Below are positions 40,834-64,000 of a stretch of DNA of 64,000 nucleotides, in pieces. The translations under genes were made by a program, and so were the position numbers. The DNA is from Amoebidium appalachense (Eukaryota; Protista; Ichthyosporea): NCBI GenBank assembly GCA_963693365.1, contig CAVNZM010000009.1:5586245-5650244 (forward strand), given 5' to 3'. The notes beneath the pieces are model-generated. The model worked only from the letters and a program-made list of their open reading frames with translations, was not told the DNA's origin and did no database searches. Every line of letters starts with the position of its first letter. Within the stretch, counting starts at the first letter, position 1.

Positions 40834-43197
40834 TGCGCTGCATGAACTGGGCCTGCTGCTGCTGCTGGCGGGCCACGCTGCGCAGATAGAACTGGTACTT
40901 GCTCTGCTCGCTGCCCAGCTCCTCCCCACACTCGATCAAGAACTCCAAATTCTTCTCCAGATACGGGTTAACCGTCAGGTCCAGCCGGTCGTAGCTGTCC
41001 CCCTGCACACCACCACACAACACCCAGTCAGCCTGGGCCCCAACAACTACCCCCCCGCCCCCCCCACACACACACACCCTCACGTGTACACACCATGAGG
41101 CTGGGCTGGTCGATCTCCCACAGCAGTGTCTGCAGCAGTGCGCCGTTATGCACCACGATGGGCAGCTCCTGAAACACCTGGTCGTGCGTCAGCCGGTGCG
41201 CCTTGAGGCTGCAATGTGTGTCAGTCACTGTCACAGGGTGCATAGCAGCACACATGGTTGCAGGCCCAAGTGGCTCCACAACAGGGGGGGTGCACACATC
41301 CGGGCACAAAGACGCCCAAGTAAAAACACCACGCCACAAGAGTCCAAGCACATCTCAGCATTCGGTTCACCTGAATCAACATGCCCCCCCCCCCCCCCCC
41401 CCCTCTGTCCTGCCGACACACACAAGCCCCCCCCCCCCCCCCCCCACACAAAAAAAAAAACACACACACACACACACACGCACCACCCCCACCACCACAC
41501 ACACCCACACCATGGGCACGCACCTCTCTGGGTTGAATCCATCCTGGGCCTTGTAGAGGTCGAAGAAGGTCTTTGTCATGCGGAAGGCTCTGAGGGAAAG
41601 CACACCCTGGGCTGACCGGTGGGGGTCTGTGGCCTGCAGTCAGCACACAACTAGAAAAAGGCACACAGCTGGCCCCTGGCACACACAGAAATCTGCCCGG
41701 TTAACAGTCCCATATGGCCAACACGCATATGCACTACGTTCAAACACACAGGCACACGCACACAGACACCACACAATGTCTAAGTATCAGTCCAAAATGC
41801 ACACACTCCCCCTTGCAACACCCTATCACACACCAAACTACTATAACTTTCCTACATGAATCCACATGAGAACTACTCCCCCCCCCCCCCCCCCCCCCCC
41901 AAAAAAAAACACTGACACACACACACACGCACGCGCGCACACACACACACCCTCGTGCACCCGCCATGTACGTCACACCAAGCACGCACCGTAGACAATG
42001 AGCACGGCCTTCTCGATGTTCTCCTGGTAGTTGAACTGCGTCTCGATCATGCTCTCGTCCAGAAACGACCCCAGATATGTGCTCTTGTACCAGCCCACCG
42101 TATTGTTGTCCACGTTCACATCACGCAGACTCTTCATCATTTCAATCTGGTACTCAGCACCTGTACCCCCATCCAGGTCAGCCCCTAGCCCCCACACAAA
42201 CGCCCAGATTGGGCAAGTGAACACACTTGGGGAGGGGGGGGGAGGAGGGGAGGCACAAGGTCCACACACACACACACACACACACACACACCAAGACCGA
42301 GCCATAACCGAGGTGGCACGATAACTGTGACAGACCGCCAGCACACAGACCCACAGACTGAATAAATGCTGCCATCAGGCCCCTTGCACAGCCCCTCCTC
42401 ATTTGCCCTCCCAAGCCACACCCAACCAGACAGCGGCCATTCACAGTGGGCAGGCTGCACACTGGCCGTCTCTGCCCTCCCCCCCCGCCCCCTCCACCCT
42501 CCCCCCCCAAACACACCACCACCACCACCACCCCCACCACCAGCACACACACCCTCCTCTTACCCTCCTGGTCGTCCTCGTCCTCCCCCCCCTGCTAGGG
42601 AATGGGAAGCAGTTTGTGATCTCCAGCCTGTTCTCCACGTCCAGCCCAAGCAGCTGCCCCGTCACTAGCTCGGGCAGACTCTCACGGCAGTGCTTGAGGA
42701 TCTTGAGCACGGCCTAAAGTGCACGTGAGCAAATAGGGCACACAGAGGCTCATGCAGGTGGGTGGTGTCTCGGGTGTGTGTGTACGTGTTGGTGTGTTTA
42801 TTTTTTTTTGTGTGTGTGTGCGTGTGTGTGCATGTGCGCGAATGCGGGTGTGTATGCGTGATTATCTGTGTTTGTGAGAGTGGATTGGCGCGTGTAGGAG
42901 TGTTTGTGCCAGCATATGTTGTGTTTGTTCATGCATGTGCGCACTTGCGTAAACTCTTGTGTAAACGTGCGTGCAGGTATGCGGACGTCTTCGACGTGCA
43001 TTTACACAGTGCTAGGTGGTAATGTGTCTGTGTGTCTGTGTGTGTGCTGTGTGTGTGTGTGTAGTGTGTGTGTGTGTGTGGGGGGTGTCTGTGTGTGTGT
43101 GTGTGGTGTGTGTATGTGTGTGTGTGGTGTGTGTGTGTGGTGTGTGTTTGTGCGTGCAGAGTGAGCGCGTGGTATGTGGGCGCGCGTGTGCGTGTGT

Positions 43198-43256
<59 letters not shown>

Positions 43257-44045
43257 CACGCACATACGTGTGCAGATTTGTGTCTGCAAGTGCATTTGTA
43301 TGTTCGTTGAAGTATGTGTATAGCCGTGTGGGTGACAGTGTACGGGAGGTCGGCGTGCCTGAGTTTGTGCAAGGTAAGGTGCACTCTCACACGAATGTAG
43401 TGTTATATTGCACTTTTGGATGGGCGTGTGTCTCAAGTGGTTTAAAGCAAAAAATACTGGCAAAATCTGAACGTGTTTGATGTTTGCAGTGTGCATGCTG
43501 ATGTGTGGCCGCTAAGTGAGAAGTGCGGCCCAAGGTGTGTGCTTGGGCCGTGTATGGGCTATAAGTATGTGTGTATGCAGAAAGACGTATATTATGTGTG
43601 CCTTGTGCCTGTGTGGACGTGGTCAGGCAACCGCAGGCCAAAGAAAGATGCTGACCTCAAAAGCAAGCGCTTGAACGAGTGCATGAATGCACGCATGCAG
43701 GCGTACATTCGTAAGTGCGTTTTTTGTATCTTTTTGTGTGTGTGTGCGGTGTTTGGGTGTGCGTGTGCGTGTGCGTACGCGTGCGTGCGTGTGCGTCTGG
43801 CTGTGTGTGTGTGTGTGTGTGTGCGGTGTGCACAACCATGCCTGAGTGTACTCATGTCGGTGTGTGTGTGTGTGCGTAAGTGTATGTATGTGTGCGTGTG
43901 CGTGCGTGCGTGCGGGTGGAGACGTGTGTGTTTGTTTCTTGTGTGTGAGTGCACGCACCAAGCCGTCCATCTGCACGACCTCCAGGGGGGCCTGGTTGAG
44001 GTCTGACAGCTGCTGCTGCGGTCGGCGGCGGTCGCGGCGGTCCAT
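40217..44045 (-). CDS. EIF3H: Translation initiation factor eIF3 subunit H, 7 exons (one apparent homopolymer frameshift near 42590)
   Basis: [15 protein letters not shown]; [21 protein letters not shown]; [25 protein letters not shown]; TQFNYQENI; [19 protein letters not shown]; ELPIVVHN; LEKNL; [14 protein letters not shown]. Confidence 0.95.
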
Positions 44046-44194
44046 GGCTGTGTGTGTTGGGAGTGCAAAGGTGTGCCTATGTGTATGCGACCCCACGTGT
44101 GTGCGTGTATGTGACCGATCGTGCGTGTTTTTTGGTTTGAGTGCCCACTTTTCTTCTGCTGTCCGCTGGCTGGCTCGTTCGCGCGCACAGCCAC

Positions 44195-44280
44195 CGCCCG
44201 ATTGGCAACCGTGTCACGTGGATACACTGTCCTTGTGACGTCACGATCTCACAGGGAAGGGCAGTGATGACGTTACACCC
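44195..44280. promoter_or_regulatory. Putative eIF3h promoter elements
   Basis: CCAAT (GATTGG, ~44200), GTCACGTG E-box-like and palindromic GTGACGTCAC CRE-like motifs ~150-230 bp upstream of the ATG. Confidence 0.45.
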
Positions 44281-44349
44281 GCAGGCCGTGGTCTTCAAAG
44301 GGCCGTGCGCAGGCTGTCAATGCAGGGATTCAGGGAGACGAACATCTGA

Positions 44350-44980
44350 GGGAGACGCAGACAGGCACAGAGAGAGAAAGGGACACGCACAGGCATGGCA
44401 CACAGACAGGAAAACACAGGCATAGTAGGCAAGCACGGAGACACAGCTGCAGGCATATCAGACAAGCAGGGGAGACACACAGGCAGGGCGCACAGGCAGG
44501 GAGGCACACAGGCATAGCAGACAGGCAGGGAGGCACACATGCACAGCAGACAGTCACGGAGACACAGGCATATCAGACAGGCAGGGAGACACACAGGCAT
44601 AGCAGACAGGCAGGGAGACACACAGGCATAGCAGACAGGCAGGGAGGCACACAGGCACAGCAGACAGGCAGGGAGACACACAGGCATAGCAGACAGGCAG
44701 GGAGAGACAGGCAGGGAGATGCCGCGACGGGCGTAGCAGACAGGCGGAGAGACATGTAGATAGCTACAGCAGACAGGCAGGGAGACACAGGCTTTGCATA
44801 CAGGCAGGGAGACACACGGGCGTGGCAGACAAGCAGGGAGACACGTGTAGTTTAGAACAGCAGACAGGCAGGGAGGCACATGCATAGCAGGCAGGCAGAA
44901 AGACACAGGCATAGCAGACAGGCAGGGAGAGGCTCCAATAGCTATGGCAGGGAGACACAGACACAGACAGGCAGAGAGGT
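44350..44980. repeat. ~29-bp minisatellite (CAGACAGGCAGGGAGACACACAGGCATAG)n
   Basis: Visible tandem units between eIF3h and the WRN-like 3' end. Confidence 0.88.
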
Positions 44981-45454
44981 GGAAGGAGATAAGAGGAACA
45001 AGCCACGGGTTGCCTTTGCAGGCAGCCACAGCCACACCCATATCGAAGCAGGTGAACACTGAACAGACATAGCACGTGTGCAAAAGTAAGCTGTAAGGGC
45101 AATAAAGCAGTAGCAAACAAAACAAAATGCCTCTTTGTATTCTATGTCCGCTTTATTACTGGTCTCGGGGGACCGTGTACTTCTACATATGTTTGGATTT
45201 GTTGCAGCCAATAGCCACCTGGCAAACCCTTAGCCAGTCTCTTGCTGCCCCTCCTCAGGTCACCCATTTGTTTTTGTGTTCATGCCTGTCATTCTATGTT
45301 CTGCCCTGTGTGTATCCTTTTGAACCTTGACATTCATGCTGTGTGCCAACCTACAAGCCAGTGGCCTACCAGTGTGCCTTAGTGCTATGGGCCGTGTCTG
45401 CCCGTGCCTGTGCCCTCCTCTCCCTACCCCTGTGCCTGCATGCACGTCCACCCC

Positions 45455-57589
<12,135 letters not shown>

Positions 57590-58203
57590 CCTGCTGGTCG
57601 CTGCCTAGCCTGCCCACGGCCTGTTGTGGGTGTGCTGTGCTGGCACACACACTTTGGCGTCAATACTGTGCACTTTCCCTGTGCACACTGTCCACGCGCA
57701 TAGCCTGGCAGGTGCCGCATATGCGCGCTGAGGCAGTGAACAGTGCGCACCTCTCTGGCACAGTGGGGGGACTGGGTGGCAGCCGGCTGCCCTTACCCAT
57801 GCACCGCTACCAGCCAACATTATACTCTTTCGGAACTCCCGAGGTTCGCGCCAAAACCGTTTCTGGCCAATCAGCAAGCAGCATGCTTATCGAATTTGAT
57901 CGGCCGGTTCTGTGTGGCCGCGAGCCACACTGAGCCGCTTCAGTGCTTTGCACTCATGATCACCAGACTGACTGACTTTCTGAGTCTCACTCTCAGGTCC
58001 TGAGACCACCTGAGTGTCATGCTCACTGAGCTCGTTGGCGAGTGTGCACTTGTGTTCCGACTCCAGCCACCTGTCGGTGCACGGGTTTCTACCGCCAGCC
58101 ACGCTGTGACTATGTGCTAGCTCTGCAGCGCCCTGTGTTCCACCACCCCATTTTGACCGCCCATACCCCCGTGTGGTCCACTGCCAGTCCGCTCTGTGCC
58201 ACC

Positions 58204-58928
58204 ATGGTCCAACAGGCCCCACAGCCACCCCCCGGTGCAAGGCGAGTGGCCTGCCAGGTGAGTTCGTGCCTCCGTGGCTGGGGCCACGTGTGTGCGTGCC
58301 TCTCTGTGCAGGGTTGGGTGGTTGCGTCTTAGGGCTCGGTGCTTTGGGTAGGGTCTTGCTGGTTTGGTGAGTGTGTAGGTGGGCGTGTATGGTGTGGGTG
58401 GGTTTGGTTGAATAGTCGGATGGCTAGAGTGGGTCGGTCGGGGTTGGGCGGGCCAGTGGTTGGCAATGGGTGGGTGGCTGGATGAGCTGAGCATGGTAGA
58501 GAAGCGGCCACTAGAGTCTGACTGCAGGGCACAGGGGATGGAGGGCTGCTACTCGGAGTATGCGGCACGGCAGTGCTTTGCGGGCCAGGAGGTGTTTATG
58601 ACCTACCACGACACGTATGAGCAGGTGCGTGTCTGTGTGCTGCCTTGGGCCTTGCACGTGTGCACGTGCTGCTTTTGTTAACACAAGGTGCTGTGCAGGT
58701 ATTGCAGGTGGTGGGCTAGGGGGTGCAGTACAGTGTGCTATCAGTGGCCACAGTGACACTCAGACAGGGGGGTTGCAGGTGCTTGTGGCCGTGGAGGAGG
58801 GAACGGCAGACGTGGCCATACTGCCAATAGAGAATACCCTGTCTGGTGCGTGCGGGGGAAGAGGGAGGGGGGGGGGGGGGGGGGGGGGGGGAGAATACTT
58901 TTATTTGTATGGTTTGTGTGTGTGTGGT

Positions 58929-58959
<31 letters not shown>

Positions 58960-59625
58960 TTAAGAACATTCTGTCTGGCGAGTGCACAGAGGGGTGGGGG
59001 GAAGGGGATAGAAAAAACCTTTACTGGTGTATTTACCGGGCGGAGGGGGGGGGGGGGGGGGGGGGGTATAAATAACACACTTTAAGTGCTCGAGAGGTAT
59101 GTGAGCGTCAACCCCCCTCCCCCCCCCGGGGGGGGAAGGGGCTCACCTAAGGGACTAGGGGAAGGAGGGGAGGAGGGGGGGGGGGGGGGGGGAGGGGAAG
59201 CAGGGAGGGGGGAGGGGGGAGGGGGGAGGGGGGAGGGGGGGAGGGGGGAGGGGGGGAGGGGGAGCAGTGGGTCAGGAGAGAACATTTGGCTGGTGGGGGG
59301 GTTGGGGGGTAGCACGGACTCAGTGGGCCGTGCAGGCACGTTCTACAGCGTCTACGACAAGCTGGTGGCCTGCAAGCTGCACATCACAGCTGAATTCTGC
59401 ACCCACGACGACTGCTGCCTGCTGGCCTTGCCAGGTACTTGTCCCCCCCCCCCCCCCCCTCCCCCCTTCCCCCCATTTCTCCCCCCCCCCCCCCCCCCCC
59501 CTCGACCCCCTCACAGCTCCCCCGACTTTACCCACCTCTACTCTCAAGCCACTTTCACCAACATACAACAAACCCTACCCGAACCAACCTCCTACCTGCA
59601 CAACCACCAACCACACTCACACTCC

Positions 59626-59675
<50 letters not shown>

Positions 59676-61351
59676 GGTGGAGATAGGGGCCGTGCGCAAC
59701 GTTCTGAGCCACAGCCAAATACTGGAAAGGTGCGAGCGCACACTGAAGACTCTCAATGCCCATGCCACCCCAATGACAGACACAGCAGAGGCAGCATACT
59801 ACATCCACCACCGCCACCTCACGAACAGGTGCGGAAAAGGGGGTGGGCACTCGGGGGGGGAGGGGGGGGGGGGGGGGGGGAGTTAGGGACAGAGAGCCTG
59901 AGGCATGGCGATAAGGAGAGGACAATGTGGGGTTGTGGGGTGGGTGTTTGGGCGATAAGGAAGGTTGGTTAAGGATATATCTGGAGGATGTTTGTGCGCT
60001 TTGCTCTTCTGCCGTGTCGTTGCTGTTTGGAGGGTAGGGGGAGGAAACTTAAAGGGGCATGGGATTGGGGAATGTGCTGTCTGTGTATGGGCAAAGGTGA
60101 TGAGCCTTGCCCCCCTGCCCTCCGCACCAAATGCCCCACCAAAGAAAGCACTTGGGGAGTCCCATGGATGTGGTGTCCCCCCCCCCCCCCCCCCCTCCCC
60201 CCCCCCCCTGTTCCCTCACCTCCAACCCCCCCACCTCCCCCTCCCCCCACCCAACTTCCCCCCTGCCCGTATGGCCACTGACATGTGCCCCCAGTGCGGC
60301 CATAGCCAGTGGACACGTGGCCGAGCGCTACGGGCTGCAGATACTGGCACGAGACATAGATGACGACCCAGCATCAAGCACACGCTACCTGCTGCTGGGT
60401 GCGTGCTTGCCTGTGCCTGTGCGTGCATGGGTGGTGTGCCGGTGGTGCAAGTTGGCTGTACGGATGAACATTTGGGTGTGCCTGTGTGTGCCGTGAAAGA
60501 TTTGTGTGCAGATGCAATGTGCTTTCTTGTATTTGGAAGATATCAAGTGTGCATATGCAATGTGCCTGAGTGTGCCTGTGTGTGCCTGTGTGTGCCTGTG
60601 TGTGCTTGTATCTGCCAATATGTGCCTGTGTGCGCCTGTGTGTACCTGTGTCTGCCTGTATGCGCCGTGTGTGCCTGTATAAATTTTATCTGCCATTATG
60701 TGCCTGTATGTACTTGTGTACCTGTATCTGCCAATGTGTGCCTGTGTGCGCCTGTATGGGCATGTGTGTGCTTGGTTCAATATGTGCTGGGTGCTAACTG
60801 AGAGCATGCAGAGCGGGAGGCCCGGGCACTACCAGCCGGGCTGACGTGCAAGACCAGCCTGGCCATTGCTGTCCGCAATAACCCCGGCAGTCTGTTCAGG
60901 GCCCTGGCTGCCTTTGCCCTCAGGGGCATCAAGTACACATACCCCCCCCCTCTCCCGCCTCCTCCTCCCGGCTCTCCCTAGACCATCACCGCCATTGTGA
61001 CCACTACCATCACCATTCCTCCAAACATGCACACTCACTCACTCACTCACTCACTCACTCTCACTCACTCACTCACTCACTCACTCACTCACTCACTCAC
61101 TCACTCACTCACTCACTCACTCACTCACTCACTCACTCACTCACTCACTCACTCACTCACTCACTCACTCACTCACTCACTCACTCACTCACTCACTCAC
61201 TCACTCACTCACTCACTCACTCACTCACTCACTCACTCACTCACTCATACAGACAGCCAGACGCACACACACACACAGACACAAATCTGTCGGTCCAAAT
61301 ACACATGCACACACTCGCACACATCATACAACACACATACACGCACACACA

Positions 61352-61433
<82 letters not shown>

Positions 61434-63275
61434 GTCACCTCACTGGAACAGGATACCTTTTTTCCTCTTTGCCTACCTGTTTGTATAGCTCAGAGTCCGT
61501 GCCGTGCGCTGCCTGCTAGGGTCACCATAGAACCCTCAGAAAACCATAAAACCCATATAGGCCACCCATAGAACCCCCAGAAACCCATAAAACCCATACC
61601 GTGAGATCACCATAAAACCCCCAGAAAACCATAAAACCCATATAAACAACCATAGAACCCCCAGAAAACCATAAAACCCATATAAACCACCATAGAACCC
61701 CCAGAAACCCATAAAACCCATATAAACAACCATAGAACCCCCAGAAAACCATAAAACCCATTTAGGCCACGATAGAACCCTCAGTATGTCCACATAGGTA
61801 TTGACTGTGCCTTAACCTGCAGTGTGTCCAAACTCGACAGCAGACCGTCGGCACGGTCCGGCAGCTTGCACACGGTAGGTGGTCCTGCACAGTTCCCCCC
61901 TCGTGTGAGTATGGTGGCTGATGAAAAGGTGTCTCCTTATGTGTCGCCATTTGGTTGTGTCCATCTATAAGTGTATGCAGCCTGATTTTAAGATAAACAC
62001 CCACGAAAGAAAACATATTAGGGGTGTGGCAAGTTAGCATGAGTCTTTAAAACCGTGTGGTGGACTGACTGACTGTTCTTGCATTTGTTGACTGCATAGT
62101 ACGTACATGTTTACTGGTGGCCCAGCCTGATGTGTGGCCACACAGACATCGCGGCCGTGGGAGTACATCAACTTTGTGGACATTGCCGGCAGTCCCCAGG
62201 TCCGTAAGGGTGTGATGGTGTGTGTGTATAGCGTGTGATGGTGGGTTCTTTTTGATTTTGTTGTTGTTGTTGTTGTTTGCAGGGGGGGGGGGGGGGGGGG
62301 GGGGGGGGGGATGTGCGGTTGAGCTGGGGAGGGGCTAGTCTCCAAGGCTATGTACCCACTGGCTTACGTAAGTGGCTGAGCACTACTACGCCGCGGGACG
62401 TCTCCAGCCGGGTCCATGTAATCCTGATGGGCAATCGGAACGCTTTATTAAAGTTTATTTTCCTGATGGGCAATAGGAACGCTTCCGTACTTTTGATGGG
62501 CAATAGGAACGCTTCCGCAATTTTGTTGTTGGGCAATAGGAACGCGGCGTTAAATTATTATTGCGACTTTTAACCAACCATCTGCTGTATATTTAAACTT
62601 GTTTGCGCAATCAGACACTTTGTCTAGTGACTGTCGCCTGCGGCAACATACAAGGTATGTTGAGCCGGGCCGCAGGGAGACAGCACTCAAAGTGACTAGG
62701 GAGGGGGTGTGGTGTAAGGATGCGGCAGTGCACAATAGCAGCATAATGGGGCATGGATTGGCGGCATGACACTTTGTCCCCGCATGCATGTGGGTTGGCT
62801 ACGGAGTTGGCTTGCAGTAGTCCGGCCGTTCGAATTCTGCTGTGTACGTACGGTACACGTTCAACTTTGCCTGGGCGGTCTAACAGTTGGGCTTGCATCG
62901 CTTACAGGCATCCATTTGTGCACGTGCATGCATTCATGTCTGCGTACACGTCTAAAAGTGTTTTGTGGTAATCATTGCGGCGCGGCACATCACGTGTACA
63001 CCTGTGCGTTTCTGGTATGACAGGTGCACACGTGTTTCTGACCTGATATGCACGTGTGCACACAACATGCTGCAGCCTGAGGTGGCCGTACAGCCAGGCA
63101 CTATGCTAACCTCAGCTCACAGGACGGTGTGGTCAAGGCGGCACTGTCCAACCTGCACGAGTTTGCCACCCAGGTGCGCATCCTGGGCACATACCCCGCA
63201 TACAGCCCAGGCCAAGGGGTGCCTGGCCTGGCAGGTGGGGGTGCAAGGGTGGTCGGTGGGCCTTATGCCGTGTAG
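58204..63275 (+). CDS. Prephenate/arogenate dehydratase (PDT plus ACT domain), ~10 exons; 3' end uncertain
   Basis: GCCACC-ATG-G; VACQGMEGCYSEYAA; AILPIENTLSG; VLSHSQILERC; DTAEAA; AAIAS...AERYGLQILARDIDD...STRYLLL; KTSL...NNPGSLFRALAAFALRGINVSKLDSRP; WEYINFVD; ALSNLHEFATQVRILGTYP. Open frame reaches TAG at 63273-75, but a further splice is possible. Confidence 0.88.
61030..61790. repeat. (TCAC)n microsatellite and a ~39-bp minisatellite (CCATAGAACCCCCAGAAAACCATAAAACCCATATAAA) in a PDT intron
   Basis: Directly visible. Confidence 0.9.
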
Positions 63276-64000
63276 GGGGTGAGGTGTAACTATTGGGCAC
63301 CAGTTGGGTGCATTATTGGAATGAATGGCGTGTCCGTGGGCCTCTACTATCTGAGGGTTATCTGTGGTACATGTATGGAGCAGTTGTGTTGTGCAGTAGC
63401 CAAAATGTGCCGCTTGATTCATGTAGGGTGTGTGCTATGAGCAATGTGGGCCACTGTGACATGGTGTGCAGGCCACACCCCTTGATGCCCATCACTGTAA
63501 AATACAAAGTATTCCCCTGTCGACTGTGTGCCTGGTGTAAGGCAGCCTGCCCTCATCCTGCCACTCCCTTGCTGGTCTCTCCGCAGATCTTGCATTTGCC
63601 CAGCAGCCAGCAATGCGCCTTCTCCCCCCCCCCCCCCCCCCCCCCCCCCCTCCCCACACACCCCACCTACCACCAAACAACATATACATACACAGGGCCT
63701 CTTCCTTTCCCTGCACTCTCGCCTCTCCCTCCCTGCCCACATGAACTCTAACAAGTGCTGGTGTGCATATCCCCCAATACATTCCACTCACCCTATCTCT
63801 CTAAATCCCTCCTACCCCACAGCACCCTAGCCCATGGTTGTGTGCCCGTTCCCAATACCCCCACGTACACACAAACACCTCTTTCCCTCCCCCCACCCAG
63901 CCTACACATTCCATTTATACCACCCCTCCTCCTCTTCCCCGGGCTGGCAGCACTTCAACGCAACCGTGTGTGCCCGCCCCACATACGCATGCCCCCCTTC

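Overview
Eukaryotic, intron-rich genomic DNA, probably from a unicellular relative of animals (inference from an animal-like NDR kinase tail, FAAP24- and WRN-like genes and Sec machinery alongside a Phe-biosynthesis gene). Bases 1-16.4 kb hold no recognisable gene and are repeat/transposon-rich: a ~10.3-kb TIR element with subterminal TTG(G/C)CAA motifs carrying a ~183-bp satellite, possible outer CACTA-like ends, a MITE and a tRNA-like relic. From 16.5 kb I reconstructed nine spliced genes by hand: class-III (GABA-type) aminotransferase, PSTK, mitochondrial thioredoxin, NDR/STK38 kinase, VAP, FAAP24-like, eIF3h, WRN-like RecQ helicase and prephenate dehydratase. Almost all supplied ORFs are microsatellite artefacts. 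Most notable: (1) VAP and the FAAP24-like gene converge with stop codons overlapping in one CTAG, next to a 28-bp array that is amplified splice donor on one strand and amplified AATAAA on the other; (2) several introns are built from tandem copies of their own splice junctions; (3) introns use a close CTRAN branch point, no pyrimidine tract and mostly non-A at donor +4; (4) a UGA-containing uORF precedes PSTK. All gene models lack RNA support and long homopolymers may contain sequencing errors.
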